A stretch of DNA of 63,208 bases, counting the filler, from Choristocarpus tenellus KU-1152 (Eukaryota > Protista > Phaeophyceae): the NCBI GenBank assembly GCA_964200185.2. It is 10 parts of 10 records of this genome, joined end to end, with 100 filler letters (N's around TTAATTAATTAA, not from the genome) between each part and the next. Parts side by side here need not be neighbours in the genome. Positions count along the whole stretch, not along the records: positions 1 to 10,653 come from CAXNAD020002803.1; positions 10,754 to 15,644 come from CAXNAD020012648.1; positions 15,745 to 29,089 come from CAXNAD020001515.1; 7 more parts are not named here. The stretch is one strand, 5' to 3'. The notes under the pieces were generated by a model. It ran no database searches. It saw nothing but the letters and a program-made list of their open reading frames with translations, and was not told where the DNA came from. Made by a program: the position numbers and the translations under genes. The stretch's first letter is position 1; each line of letters starts with the position of its first letter. Of the stretch, positions 1 to 20,681 are shown one piece after another.

Positions 1-585
1 GCACCCTTCCTACGCGGGGGGGTTGACGGGGGGTTGCCATGCCGACGTTCTGACCCTCAATGTGCCTAGTTTTGGCCTCAAAATCACCCCATAAGACCCC
101 TACTTTGACGGCTTGAAGTACCTCGAGTTTGTATCTGATGATCGTTGACCCCCACCTTTTCTGAAAGCTGAGACATCAACCGGATTTCATTTTGTGGGTT
201 TATTGTCCGATTCGGCGCCGTTCTCGCTCGGTGAGCCCAAATGTTTCGCGGCACAAATTTATGGCACTTTTACCATTTATTGTAGACCAATACACCATCT
301 TTTGCTGTAAAATGAGCCATTATACAACCAAATTTCAAAGGATAAGTAAGTCATGGGCTTTCACTGCTGCATGGTAAAGCTCCACATGCTCTTCGACAAT
401 GGAGACATTGCATGGATGTAGTGAACAACCCTCACATTGCAGGCTACAACAGGAAAAACACACATCTACTACTAGAGAGTCAACAAAAATAGTAGCAGTT
501 TATCTTCTAACAGTACAAGTGCACTACCAGTTGACCTGTGTGTTGAGAAGATGCTGAGTGGGATGCATACAACTGCACACCAATC

Positions 586-8854
<8,269 letters not shown>

Positions 8855-9151
8855 CTGTGGTCTTGATCACATTCAATATTTTTAAAACAGGGAAAAAAGA
8901 GTGGTAAGTGGTCTAAGGTTAGGGAAGTTGATTTGTTGTGTGGGTTGTGTGGGTTGAGTGGGGTTTATAGTTTATGGTTAGTGTATTGTACAAATATATC
9001 AACATATTAATATTATTATACCCTCTGACATTTTGCAGATATTTCAGGGCGGAAAGAAATGAAAACTATACATATGTCAGTATAAGCCCTAAAGAAATAA
9101 AATAAATGTGAAAAATACTGTAAAACTATAAATATGAAAGACACTAATTTG

Positions 9152-10653
9152 TTACTTCACTACTATCAATATTGTACTACTACTGTCTTCCTGAGTAGCT
9201 AGGGAGGCCTCCCAAGAATCCAATAAACCCCTCCGTACCCATCTCCTTGGTGACTCTAGCTTAAGACGCATGACACGTCTAGATAGTGCCACTTGCGTAG
9301 TCACCGAGACAATTTGGCGTAGCCGGGATTTAACTACTCCTTTTCTACTAAATCCTCCAGTTCCTCTCCCCCCTACCATGTGAGTAGCCAGCTCATCCAG
9401 AGGGCATTCCACTTGCTTGCCGAGGCGCCCAAACCTTTCCACTGCAAAGGTTTTGAGATTATAACTACGAGGATCAAAGGAGCCCTCGTAGTGGGTATGC
9501 TTTCGCACCTCGGCTGCAGCAGCAGCTACACCATTGCTGGTGGATTGAGTGGAGGTTGCCTGGACCTCTGCGAAGGTGATGTCCCTGTAGGGAGCTGTTC
9601 CGGCATCCGTTAGTGCCCTTGCGTTGAACACCAGATATATGCGGAGATTCCTGTCCACTGTGAAAGGGCTACCGTCCTCCGTAGTGCAAGGGATACCCAT
9701 CCCCTTCCATAGTTGGCTTAGGCGTTTATAACCATTGGAGTGTGCTGTTGTACCTGTCCCCCTGCCCTGGGGCAGGTGCGGGCGTGTCTGGTATCAACAT
9801 TCTGCCTCCTGCACCCTGCCACTGGGCACCTACCTGTTGGATAGGGCCTCCTCCCTCCCTAGGGATCTGCTGACTGTGAGCTTGAATTCCAGAGGGGGGG
9901 ATCTAGCATGCTGGTTCCAGAGGTTGAGTTGCGACCCACGCATTTGCCCCTTATCCACACTGGCTCCGGTGGCACGCTAGGGCTAATGAGGAGCTTTCCC
10001 TGCCTTGGTGTGCCTCATTTGGAAGGCCAGCCAGTTGTGTCCTGAAGGCGTCAAAATGAATCTTGTGGAGGAGGTGTGTGATCTCGTGTTGAGCCCTCCT
10101 TGTGATCCTGGTGTCATGAGTAGCTAGGATATGTACCTCTGGGGCAGGTGCAGGTGGTGTTGTTCCCCCCCAGGTTACCCAGTCTTGGCCAATGATTTCC
10201 GCAAGGTCTTCTGGGGGGATACCTGTGGCTAGGAGGGAGTGAATGGATGTTCCTAAGGCCTGAATGGTGGGGCTCATGCAGATAGCTTGAGAGAAGGACT
10301 CGCTATGAGGCCCTTGCTGCCTTTCTAGGAGGGTGGGGAGAGTAGCCACCAGTGATCCTACAAAAGCCGCGTGTTGGTGGTGTTCCATAGAGGAGAGGCC
10401 CAGACCCCCCACACTTGTAGTCATCTGTGCCTGTGCTTGTTGGTGGGTCTCTAGGCAATGAGACCTATTGTTACATCCTCCCTCAAAGAAATCTGTCACC
10501 TCTGTCAAGTCGGCTATTTCCATTATCCTCTCTGGTGTTCATAAGGAGGTGTTGTCTGCCTGCTCCATGATGGTGGAGCGTGCCAGGAGGGGGGGAGTGA
10601 CCCTCCCTAGGTAGCCTAGCGGAGAGGAGAGGGACCAGGAGTTGAGGAGCCAG
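9152..10653 (-). mobile_element. Degenerate non-LTR retrotransposon, 3' part, with restriction-like endonuclease (CRE-like)
   Basis: RT thumb-like QAQ..GGLGLSS...AAFVGS (ORF 9951-10523). Disrupted zinc knuckle CPVAGC..HARTC..H (~9740-9830). RLE-type tail AAAAEVRKHTHY...FAVERFGRLG (ORF 9152-9700). Stops and frameshifts are present, and the contig end truncates it. Confidence 0.8.
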
Positions 10654-10753
10654 NNNNNNNNNNNNNNNNNNNNNNNNNNNNNNNNNNNNNNNNNNNNTTA
10701 ATTAATTAANNNNNNNNNNNNNNNNNNNNNNNNNNNNNNNNNNNNNNNNNNNN
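10654..10753. other. Artificial contig linker (first of nine)
   Basis: 44 N + TTAATTAATTAA (stops in all six frames) + 44 N. Identical linkers at 15645, 29090, 32084, 35948, 39055, 45118, 49635 and 60423. Confidence 0.99.
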
Positions 10754-11419
10754 GGGGGGGGGGGGGGGGGGGAGAGAGAATGTGCACTTTTTTGAAGTGA
10801 TGGGATGACTGAGATAGGTTAGTTACCCCTTGAAGCTTTCCACTGAAGCAACTTGGATAAAGACTGTAAATATTTTCAACGTTTGCGGGTACAATGTTTG
10901 AGGCAAGGGAGGGGATGACAACACTTCCCGAGGGGAAACAAAGGGACTGCAAAGAAGCTTTTGAAGTAAGCGTGTAACATCTGTCCCTTCATGTCATCAC
11001 CTCAGAAGGATTTGAACCTACACCACGATTACACCACAAACTGTTTTTGAAACCCAACAGCGTGAACACATCAACTAGCCTATCATATATATTGTAAACG
11101 GATAGTACCGCTTAAAATCCTTGAGAACAAAGAGATGTTTCATGTTTCAACAAGGGCGGGAGTATTTTTAGACCATCGAGAGCAGCCCAAATACACAGGG
11201 AATAGAAAATTTTTTTAAGTGTCTCTCCTTCGATCGCCCAAGCCAAAAAATACACCTCAAAATACAAAATAAAAAATACACGTATGTGGAGACCTCGCCA
11301 AAGAAAAACAAAAAGTATCCCACGACGCTAATCAGCATTGACTTCTCCCTCCCATCAAAAAGCACATAAGACACATAAAGACATATAAAAACACAAAAAA
11401 CACACACACAAATACACAC

Positions 11420-12906
11420 CTTTTTAACAAGGTAAGGACGCCCGCCAAGGAGGTGCTTTTCCACATCCATCATCAGATCACGTGCAATATCCGGTGTTGC
11501 GAGATTTCCCACAGTGGTCAGGCTTAAGCCTGCCACAAAGGCTGTGTCGCTGTTCATGTCCACCTGGATCAAACGCATTACATAACCTAACTTGTCATTT
11601 TATAGTGGTTCGAAAAAACTGAAAGAACGGCAGTTTGTTTAGTTTGATGATTTTGTCTGAGGTGCAAGAAGGCAATGTCAATAGCAGACAGATGACTGCA
11701 AAGGACTACATATATATAGTCACATTTAGTCTATAATCTACAGTCAGTGATACATTAGTGCGGATGGGGATGTGAGAGGGGGAGGAGTGAAGTGAACAAC
11801 GAGTGTTGAAGAACACATCAAAAGTGAGGTGAAGAGCTTTGTGGTCTTGACAGTCCTTGATAGTTGAAACAGTGTCCAAAAATGGTTGCAATGGTACATG
11901 CCTTTAGGGAGTTCGTGACCAGCATTAGCACTTCTTCCTTGTCCGTAAGGAGGAGGGTAAGCCCAAGGTACCCGATTCTCTTATCCAGATAATTGGGCGA
12001 GGTGATGAGCTTGATACATTCCATCTGCCCGAAGTGGGATGGATAACCTTACCGTGGTAGGATACGGTTCGAGGTAAGAGGGGGAGGGAGGTGCAGAATA
12101 ACAGTAAAATTGAGGTGGCATAAGTATGCAGATATTTTCCGTAGTTCCTGCGGAGAAATGTATGCCTTGATACATGTGATGCACACAATACGGGACACCA
12201 CATTGAGCCCACACCCAATACAAGAGAACCGGAAGAGTAACGACATGATGCTCGCAAATTTCGTGCTTACTTATACGTTGAACCCAGCCAACAATTAGTT
12301 CGTCTGCACGATCTAGCATAGGGAACTGTGGGGGCTTCTGAACAGCCCCATACAACCTGTGCAGAACTCAGCTCTTCAAGGGGGGTGAACAGCAACCAAA
12401 GTATCTCCCCTGACATATAGCTAAGGCGGCATTCTGGAACTGGATGCGAGTTCCAGAGAACACAGGATATTAGTGAATATCTCAACAGTAGCACAACATT
12501 CTTCTAGTTGTTTATTCTTACTTGCAGAGGATAAACTAAATTCTACATCCACTTTCCCCTCCCCAAGTTGAACTCAGAGACCCAACATGTCACACGACGG
12601 AAGCACTATCTGCACATAGGTCCCCATCACACAGAAAACTCAAGGGCAACGTTGTCGACGGCGTGGGGTTCCTATGTACAGATATCAAGAAGATGACAAT
12701 GCTGTCGTTGCCGCTTTCAAAGTTGCAGACTCACCAAGCATGTGAATGAAGAGCACCTTGGCGACATTGCTATTCCTAGACTCGGTGTCTTCCTCTCTAA
12801 ATGCTGTGCGTATACGAGCGCACTCCTGGGCCACCACAGCTCGCTCAGCAGCCGCAGTCTTGCAAGCCCGAACTGCCCTGATGAGATCCCTTAGCTTGAA
12901 CGACAT
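11420..12906 (-). CDS. AP1G1: AP-1 adaptor complex gamma subunit, 5' exons (partial)
   Basis: Exons 12906-12735, 12047-11902, 11563-11420 give [38 protein letters not shown]...HMLG|[14 protein letters not shown]...[13 protein letters not shown]...LVTNSLK|VDMN..., the typical gamma-adaptin N-terminus. The gene continues past the contig end. Confidence 0.93.
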
Positions 12907-13537
12907 GATTTGCAAGTACGTACCACCACAAAGCGAGAACTACGGCTCCGGAAACTTCCTTCAGCTAGGTATATCAGCTCAGCCTGTAGAGGGGGGTACC
13001 CGATATGCAACCCCCACTCTCGATGTGGAATGTATTAGGTCTTCTGCGTTTTGGACAACAGGAAAGCCAGAGTACGGACGGACGGACGACATACCAACTT
13101 GTATGGAGTATAATATCCCTAACCCCAAGTTCTGATTTTTATACATACTTCTATTTACCTTGTACCTCAGTAGTAAATTGCGATCTATCTGAATGATATA
13201 AGATGGTTCGATCCCCTTCGAGGTCAGATTTCCTCATAAGGGAATCTGGTTTCAACTATCCTACTCCACAACGTATTGTACACTATACACGTGTTTCCTA
13301 TTCTGTCGCTGACTACACCAAAAAAACGGACCACAAAAACAGAGTACAATGAAGGTGAAATTTGGAACGGTCAGGTTCGGTCAGGTTCAGGAGATTATTC
13401 GAGATAGGAGACGGAGAGACAGTTCGCATCCCACTTACTCTATGACGACTATACAGACTGTGCAGAATGTACAGGAGTGGTAGACCGAACGTGAGAGAAG
13501 TACGACAGAAACAGAGATAGCACCGAACGCAGTTGTA

Positions 13538-13647
13538 GGCTACACTACAACCATCAAGATCCCCCTACCATACCCTCCCCCGCCTCTCCTTGCCTATTGT
13601 ATTCATATACCAGAGGAGAGGGGGATCTTGATGGTTGTAGTGTAGCC
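13538..13647. repeat. Perfect 29-bp inverted repeat (hairpin)
   Basis: GGCTACACTACAACCATCAAGATCCCCCT (13538-13566) and its exact reverse complement (13619-13647), with a 52-nt spacer. Confidence 0.93.
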
Positions 13648-15942
13648 AATTCTACAACAGGGCTAGGTCACAATACAACTGTAGCTAGCTCCTCAACTTG
13701 GGATGGAGTCACCTTCCACATCTTGACTGGTGAATGTAGAGCTCTATATCTATTGATAACTGCAATAGGTTAGGGTACAGGTTCAAGCTCTCCATGAAGC
13801 TGCCATTGCTGTAAGTACGGAAAGTAATAGCAAACTCACCAGGTTTCGTTTGTTCGAGAGGTAGTATATGCCATCTCTCTCACTCGGTGGGAATGGCACT
13901 GAAACCTCTGTAGTGGCAACCAGCTTGGCCCCATTGTGTCGAAAAGTCTTACACGCAAATGACTAGTACACATATACGGAACCTGCAAGCCTCGAGGAGA
14001 TTAGATCAGGCAATAGATGAGGTAGACAAACCAAGCATTCTCTGCCGTTGTTGGTGATCTAGAGCTCTACAAACCGAAGTTGTATATGACGATCAGGCAA
14101 TAGCGAATGTCGAAATTATCGGAAACAAATCAGCCGGAGCATCTTAGCCCTTATAATGAACGCACGGACTTGCTCCAAAAATCATATTCTCTCCCTAGAT
14201 CCACCTGAGTCTTGAACGCCCATCCCTCATTGAATGCACTCCTGTATCTCCCTCCTCGAGCTTGCCAGCCGCTTCTGTCATCAGAGTGGCCTGCAAGTAG
14301 ATGGCTGTCAAGCTGCCAGTGTCACGCGGTGGGCGGGAAAAGGAAGAAATATTGAAAGGGATGCAGTATTTATCTCGCCATGCTAACTTTGGGATGGTGA
14401 AAGGTAGATAGAATGCTATGATGGTGGAAGCATGAAAGCCTGAGTTGAGAATCATGCGGGTGCTTGCTTACCCTGGCCATATCTAACCCCTTAATTGCGA
14501 GGAGCTTCACAGATGTCAAACTGCGCCGGTGCTCTTTTTTTGGGCCTCGCCCACGATTGCTGAAGCAGGAGTCAGTCCTACTCCTTCCGGCGTTATCAGC
14601 AGGTCTTCCGTCCCATTGAGCCTCAACACTTTCTTGAATAGACTCCATGCACCTTGCTACCATGAATACAGAACATACTCACTTCGTGGGGGTCAAAGGA
14701 TTTGTCAGAACTGCGGGATGTGCAGGGTGGGTTTTGCTGTCAAGAGAGGGGAGTCGAGTCGCACCTACAGTATTGTGAAAATGGTGGCAGGGACTTGCTT
14801 CTCCTCATTAGAGTTAGCACTGACTACGTACTTGTACGAAACGTTTACAAAACGATATTAATGTCATGCTGTTTCAGTGTAAATGCCAGCCCAGATGGCC
14901 ATTACTGTGTGACAGAAAATAAATATTAATGACATATATACGTAACGTATAGTGGCATCTATCAAGAGTAAATAGTATCCTTAGTACTTGGTGCATCATG
15001 GTTTATACCCCCCCACCATCAATGACCAGGTCAACGCTTCACAGACGGCGTGGCAATACGAAGTGTGAAGTATTCACTAAGGAGTAGCCTGTTTACTACT
15101 ACTGGAGTATATATCTTAGTTCAGTCTCTTTGTTGTTGTTATGCAGTTTGTGTGTACATGCTGTAGGTACTTTGTGCATAAGCAAATCAAAAGTTGATAC
15201 ATATCTTGTTCTGTTTATTTTCTTATTTTTCCGCAGTAACTTTATCTGTTTTCAATTTCGTGTGGAGTGATGTAGTAGTATCCACATATTTATTTTAATA
15301 TACTCCGTACTACTTGACCTTCCTAATCACCTCATCCGGAGACTCTCTTGGGAGAAATCACTTCACTCTTCTCTGACCTGTTGAAGTTCATAATCCCTAC
15401 AATGTTGGCATATATTCTTGCACATTTTCCATATTTCAACCTTTTAGATCCACACCGTGCATGGGTGTTTTTTCAAACATGAGGTCCACAACATGTCGCA
15501 GACTTTTGCTGTATGTACCTATTGTACTGTGGAAAGCATGTTTGCCTGTTATTATACCGTATGCCATATACCGTTATACCGTGGTACCAAGTGAGGTTCC
15601 CAGTCAAGAGTCCATGATTTCACTGACGGACTTTTTCTGTTAGANNNNNNNNNNNNNNNNNNNNNNNNNNNNNNNNNNNNNNNNNNNNTTAATTAATTAA
15701 NNNNNNNNNNNNNNNNNNNNNNNNNNNNNNNNNNNNNNNNNNNNCCCCCCCTGCCGCAAGCAAGTTCAGCACATCACGAAGAAGGCCAAGCAACAAATAC
15801 AATATAATAAAAATGCCACAAAAAAAAAGAAGCATACCCAATCATATGAATTACAAATTAAAAAGAAAAAAAGGTACCCTTTTTGATACGGGCTCTCGCG
15901 CTACTCTCCTCCTTAGATAAGGCCCGCCCAACTAGTCTTTAC

Positions 15943-18900
15943 CGCCAGGCCCTCCTCCTTTCCGGTCAGTGGTGGTAGTGCCAGACTTGCTGGAGTTGTG
16001 GGTATCGGTTGGTCCCTTCTTCCCTCTGCCCCTATCCCGATCACGCGCCTTGACCCGTGCTTCTAGGCCTGACTGCTCTTGCCTAGGTTTTGTCGACAGG
16101 TGGCTGGCATGTTTGATAGGAAATGCCAGCAACAGAGCGAGGACAGACAAGAATCCGCACAACAGGTCGGCCCTCCCCACCAGGGGGGCAACGGCCTAGG
16201 GGGCAGGGTTTCAAAAGGCAATGAGTAGGGGCGCACACGAAATGTATAGGATTGGGTTATGGGTTTGGGAGCAGATGCGCACTACCAGCTTACTTCATTA
16301 TGGGCATGTGATCGTTCTTCTACTTAGTTGAGTCCTGGGAATGGGTATGTAACAGTTGTGTCGAGTTCGCCCAGTAGTAAAGCAAAAGATAAAAATGATC
16401 ACAAAAAAAAACACTCCAACATTTATTTATTTTTTTCATCTTTTTGATATATATATTTTTCTTTATTGATCAGCCCTTCTTTGTCAATGGCGCTGCTCTC
16501 TTCGGGAGTGTTCCCACGGCGAAATCAAGAACAGACATTGAATGAATGATGTGCACTGAGCACAGTATATGAATGATCAAAGTCTTGGAGTATATTCAGG
16601 TCGGGTTGCTTCTCATGAGAGGAGCTTGAGGGGCCGTTGCATAGTGGATAGGCTCGAGGAAGCAAACAACAGGCTCAAATTATCTGGGGGGGGGTGGCGG
16701 CTGTCCATTTGGGGTTCATTTTTATATGTCGCAATTTTGTGTGATTTGGTTGCATGTGTCGGATGGATAATGTAAGAGCACTTCTCCTGGTCAGGGCCCG
16801 AATGGACACCCTGTTGTAGTTCCCCCCCCCCCCCCCCCACCTTTTTGGGGCGGCACACTATAATCACAAGTTTTAGGGGGGGGGTTGGGCAAACACATAT
16901 ATCATAACATTATTATCCTGCAAAAGGAATATCCACCAATAATAATGAGAGCTGCGCATGTGCTCTCCTTGGTCTTTTCTGCAAGGCAATGAGGATTAAA
17001 CCATGCCATAGGGGAGTCACTGGAACTAGGAGTGGAAATAATAAGTGCACAGTGATGAGATCCGGCGAGGAGACGTAACTTGACTCACCTCCACATGAAC
17101 TGGATGTGAAGTGAACATCAGTGAGGATATTAGAGCCGGTAGCTCTTGCCCTGCGATTGGGATACACGAGAGAGAAAATGCAGGAAAATGTATGGATCCA
17201 AGTCAGAGTCTAGAATTTCACAGGCAACCGAATTTTCCGCATAAGATAGCCCCATACTGAACTTCCGAAACCTACCCTTGTCCTTAGACGTGGTGGCGAG
17301 AGCAACGGGGATAACAAAAGATGGCTGTGATCGTGACCTGGTCAGTTTCACAGGAACATTCCATCGCAAGCACTCCACATGCTAGAATAACAAGCACCGC
17401 AACCAACTTCACCTCTACATACAGAAAACGCAGAGAGTTCACCGACCCCACCCCCCCTAAAAAAAAAACGACTCACCAACAAACACTACGCGGAAGAGGA
17501 GGAGTACTTCCACACAAGTTGCTGCATGGATCAGTACGTTCGTCATATGGTATCGAAAGGCGCAGTGTTGATCAGGACCAGATGCTGTAGCCAAGGCTTG
17601 TGTGTCTGTGTCGTCTTCACCATCACTTACTGAACCTCCTGTACAAGCAAAGTCCTGTCCTAACAATGGCATTGATATGCCTGCTCCCTCCAACAAATTG
17701 TCGAGTCTGATGGGGTGGAAGGAATAAGAGGGGGTATTTGTGTTTCTTGAATTTATACGTTTTCAATTTGTTATTCTAGATAGGCATTTTTGTTGTTGCT
17801 GCAATCTGTTATTTGTTGTTTGGCCTTCTTCGTGATGTACTGAACTTGTGGGGGCATTGAGAGGGGTAAGCATTGTCAAAGGTATTTGAAAATTGGTCAT
17901 ACATTGGGTATGGAGTGGACACTACTGTTCACAACAAATAATAATCCAAAGCATGCAGGAGGTAAGCAAGGTCTAGGGACATTATTGGAAATGGACCGGG
18001 GGAAATTGAAGTCCTTCATCTTCAAGTCAGGTGATCCAATTATCTTTTTGATGGGATCATGCATTACCTTCATGTACATCAGTAGAATATTGTCATTACC
18101 TTCCGATGCCCCTGCTTGTTTCTTGACAGGGAGCCAAGACTTTCCCCCTTGACAATGCCAAAATGACTCACATATTCACCTCTTACGGGAATGTAGGGAG
18201 AAACTGGATCGTTTTCTTATTGCTCTGGAGGAAGCAATTTCTACTCGGCTGTCACAGGAAGGCACAATATCTATGCTACCTGCTGCATCAAATCCAACAT
18301 ACTGTGAGACACATTAATCATTATTCAGAGCAGGTCATTAGTAACCAACATGGTGTGCCTGGGTTAAGGGTGCTTCTCACGCTATCATTAAAATATAATA
18401 CAGCCTTTTATTTTATTTTTTTGAATATTTAAAGTCAATTTGAAATGTTCTTGAGGTCGGACCTGTAGGTTAAGGTGGTTAGGGGGCGATAACTCTTGTG
18501 ACTCTCGGGATCCCCCATCTCCTGACCCCAAAAATCGTGCCGCCACATATCCCTCCACGGTGCGTCAGTACGAACATCTGGGTTGTCGAGCTGTGCAGAT
18601 AGCCGGAGCGAGGAGCGCAGCAGGGTGGCTTTCAATATGTGATTGCAGGCAATGTCAAGTTGGGTGGTATTCATTACTGCTTGCAGATGTTTATTTGCTC
18701 TTCCTGCGTCCAAGTCGCCCTCACCCCTAAACGACTAGGAGAAGATTGCCCCCTCATAGGTATAGTCCCTGTATAAGGCTGATAGGGTATAAGACTCTCA
18801 CCACGGCTGGTCTATCGTCCCACACAAATGTTCCTCTGAGCGTATTGACGTGCAGAATGACAGAAATAACAAAAACAAACGCCAGGTGCAACCACCTGAG

Positions 18901-19136
18901 AGAACAAGAAACGTAGTGGGCAAGAATCAAAAGCAGAAAATCAACTATAGGTCCATGCAGTTAAGGGATCTTTCGCCCATCAAGTGAGTCGGAAAGGGGG
19001 ATTGCATTAGAACAACAGCCCATCTTCTTGGAAACACGCTATAAGCACACCTTCGGGATTTGGTTGATTTCGGTTCTTCACTGAACCAAAGTTGATATGT
19101 GAAGTTAAGTAATCGATTCGTTGCATCGATTACCAT
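15943..19136 (-). CDS. TMTC-family protein O-mannosyltransferase (GT-C), 5' part
   Basis: Exons 19136-19051, 18895-18802, 18590-18463, 17706-17477, 17150-17089, 16195-~15943. Motifs FVWDDRPAV|LDNPDV..DFWG..SHKSYRPLTTLTYR, YHMTNVLIHA and FTSHPVHVE|AVAPLVGRADLL. The TPR region would lie beyond the contig end. Confidence 0.88.
16672..16851 (+). mobile_element. MITE family B copy (~180 bp)
   Basis: Starts GGCTCAAATTATCTGGGGGGGGGTGGCGGCTGTCCATTTGGGG and ends in poly-C. Homologous to copies at 36379, 39028, 40301, 44911 and 45218. Lies in a TMTC intron. Confidence 0.8.
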
Positions 19137-19352
19137 AGTATCGATCGTAACCCTCTGATCCAGAGTTTTTCCCTTCAACCAGTTGTCCCACTACCTGCGG
19201 TAGTACAGGATTATGGATTTCTTGGGATGGATCCATTAGGCGTTTCACGACTTTTAAACACAAATAGTGTTGCTACTACGTGAAAGGCGTTCCTCATTGA
19301 GATTTAATGTCACTCTCTAGCAGCTCATTCTTCTTTCTCATATCTCCCAAAC

Positions 19353-20681
19353 ATGATTTCCATGAGTTCTGTGGCAGACCTAACAAAAAAATTGGGGGGG
19401 ACATTCCTCGGGATTGAGGATGAATATCTCGCTGTTCTGGGGCTTGTTACAGCCAGGGGCTGGCTTTCTTTGGTGGACTTCAAGCAGGTTCAGCTGACCT
19501 GTATAGGGGTATGCACAGCTTGCCGAGAGGTGCCAGTTTGTGTGAAGATATCAGAGGAGACACCGCAACGTATGTGGTCACGAGGGAAAAAAGAACGTAA
19601 TTCAGGGGAAGCCAATCATAAACCTGATCAGTTCAGTGAAGAATCGCCTTTCTGCCTCAAACACAATGCGACTAGTCAACGTTTGGGGCGACTTCCCCTT
19701 CTTCGGGTAATTCGCATGAAATTTGTTCAGACATTCAACAAACCAGTGGACGGAACGATCCTTCCGCAGGATATAGAGATCCTGTCATTTGGAAGATCTT
19801 TCAACCAGTCCCTAGAAGGACTTGTTTGGCCGGAAAGGCTAGTGCGACTGTCGTTGGGAGGGTGCTTCAACCAGACGCTGGACGGGGTGGCGTGGCCCTC
19901 ACTCCTGAAATGGCTCAAGTTTGGTCAGAGGTTTAACCAAGCTGTGGAAAAATTGGTGTTGCCCGATGGGTTGCAGCTGTTATCATTTGGACACGACTTC
20001 GATCAGCCTGTGGAAAACCTAAAATGGCCTGCAGGGCTTGAGATTCTGTCTTTTGGTGGATGGTTCAACCAGTCAGTGAAAGGGGTGACTTGGCCTGCAG
20101 GACTGAGGCAGCTGACCTTTGGCCACCGCTTCAACAGGGCCATTGACCAAGCGATGTGGTCTGCAAGTCTCGAACAACTGGAATTTGGTTGGAGCTTCAA
20201 TCGTGAAGTGGAGGGGGTGAGATGGTCGTTGGGATTGAAGCAACTGACATTCGGTGGACGCTTTAACAAACCTATTGAAGGTGTGACATGGCCTGCAGGA
20301 CTGGAGAATCTAACATTTGGGCACAGCTTTGATCAGCCAGTGGACATGGTGGTTTGGCCTCGAGGTTTAAAGCAGCTGAACTTTGGGGACTGCTTTGACC
20401 AGATGGTGGACAGGGTGGTGTGGCCGAAAGAGCTCAAGCAACTCAAATTTGGACAGAGTTTTAACCAGGCACTAGATGAGGCGATGTGGCCTGAAGGGCT
20501 CGAGCAGCTGACGTTTGGGGATGGTTTCAATCAGCCAGTGGAAAATGTGTCATGGCCGAGTGGGTTAGAGCAGTTAATGTTTGGGCATGACTTCAATCAA
20601 GCAGTTGAAGGGATGTTGCGGCCACCCAGACTTCATGTGGGCATTGCTGGCATGTTTGGAGAAGTGCATGTTCTGGAGTAG
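19353..20681 (+). CDS. Intronless FNIP-repeat (LRR-like) protein, 442 aa
   Basis: Single ORF with about 14 tandem 22-aa units of consensus xGLxxLxFGxxFNQPVxxVxWP. The N-terminal ~60 aa weakly resemble a degenerate F-box. Confidence 0.9.
   Translation: MISMSSVADLTKKLGGTFLGIEDEYLAVLGLVTARGWLSLVDFKQVQLTCIGVCTACREVPVCVKISEETPQRMWSRGKKERNSGEANHKPDQFSEESPFCLKHNATSQRLGRLPLLRVIRMKFVQTFNKPVDGTILPQDIEILSFGRSFNQSLEGLVWPERLVRLSLGGCFNQTLDGVAWPSLLKWLKFGQRFNQAVEKLVLPDGLQLLSFGHDFDQPVENLKWPAGLEILSFGGWFNQSVKGVTWPAGLRQLTFGHRFNRAIDQAMWSASLEQLEFGWSFNREVEGVRWSLGLKQLTFGGRFNKPIEGVTWPAGLENLTFGHSFDQPVDMVVWPRGLKQLNFGDCFDQMVDRVVWPKELKQLKFGQSFNQALDEAMWPEGLEQLTFGDGFNQPVENVSWPSGLEQLMFGHDFNQAVEGMLRPPRLHVGIAGMFGEVHVLE

Noticed and set aside
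10654-10753. Recurrent TTAATTAATTAA motif between N runs as a biological repeat
   Set aside because: Identical 44N+12+44N structure occurs nine times. It is a standard six-frame-stop contig linker, so cross-linker gene neighbourhoods and ORFs were disregarded.
14195-14929. Cluster of short ORFs upstream of AP1G
   Set aside because: No recognisable motif and no consistent splice model.
19727-20530. Repetitive antisense ORFs
   Set aside because: Shadows of the 66-nt periodic FNIP coding sequence.
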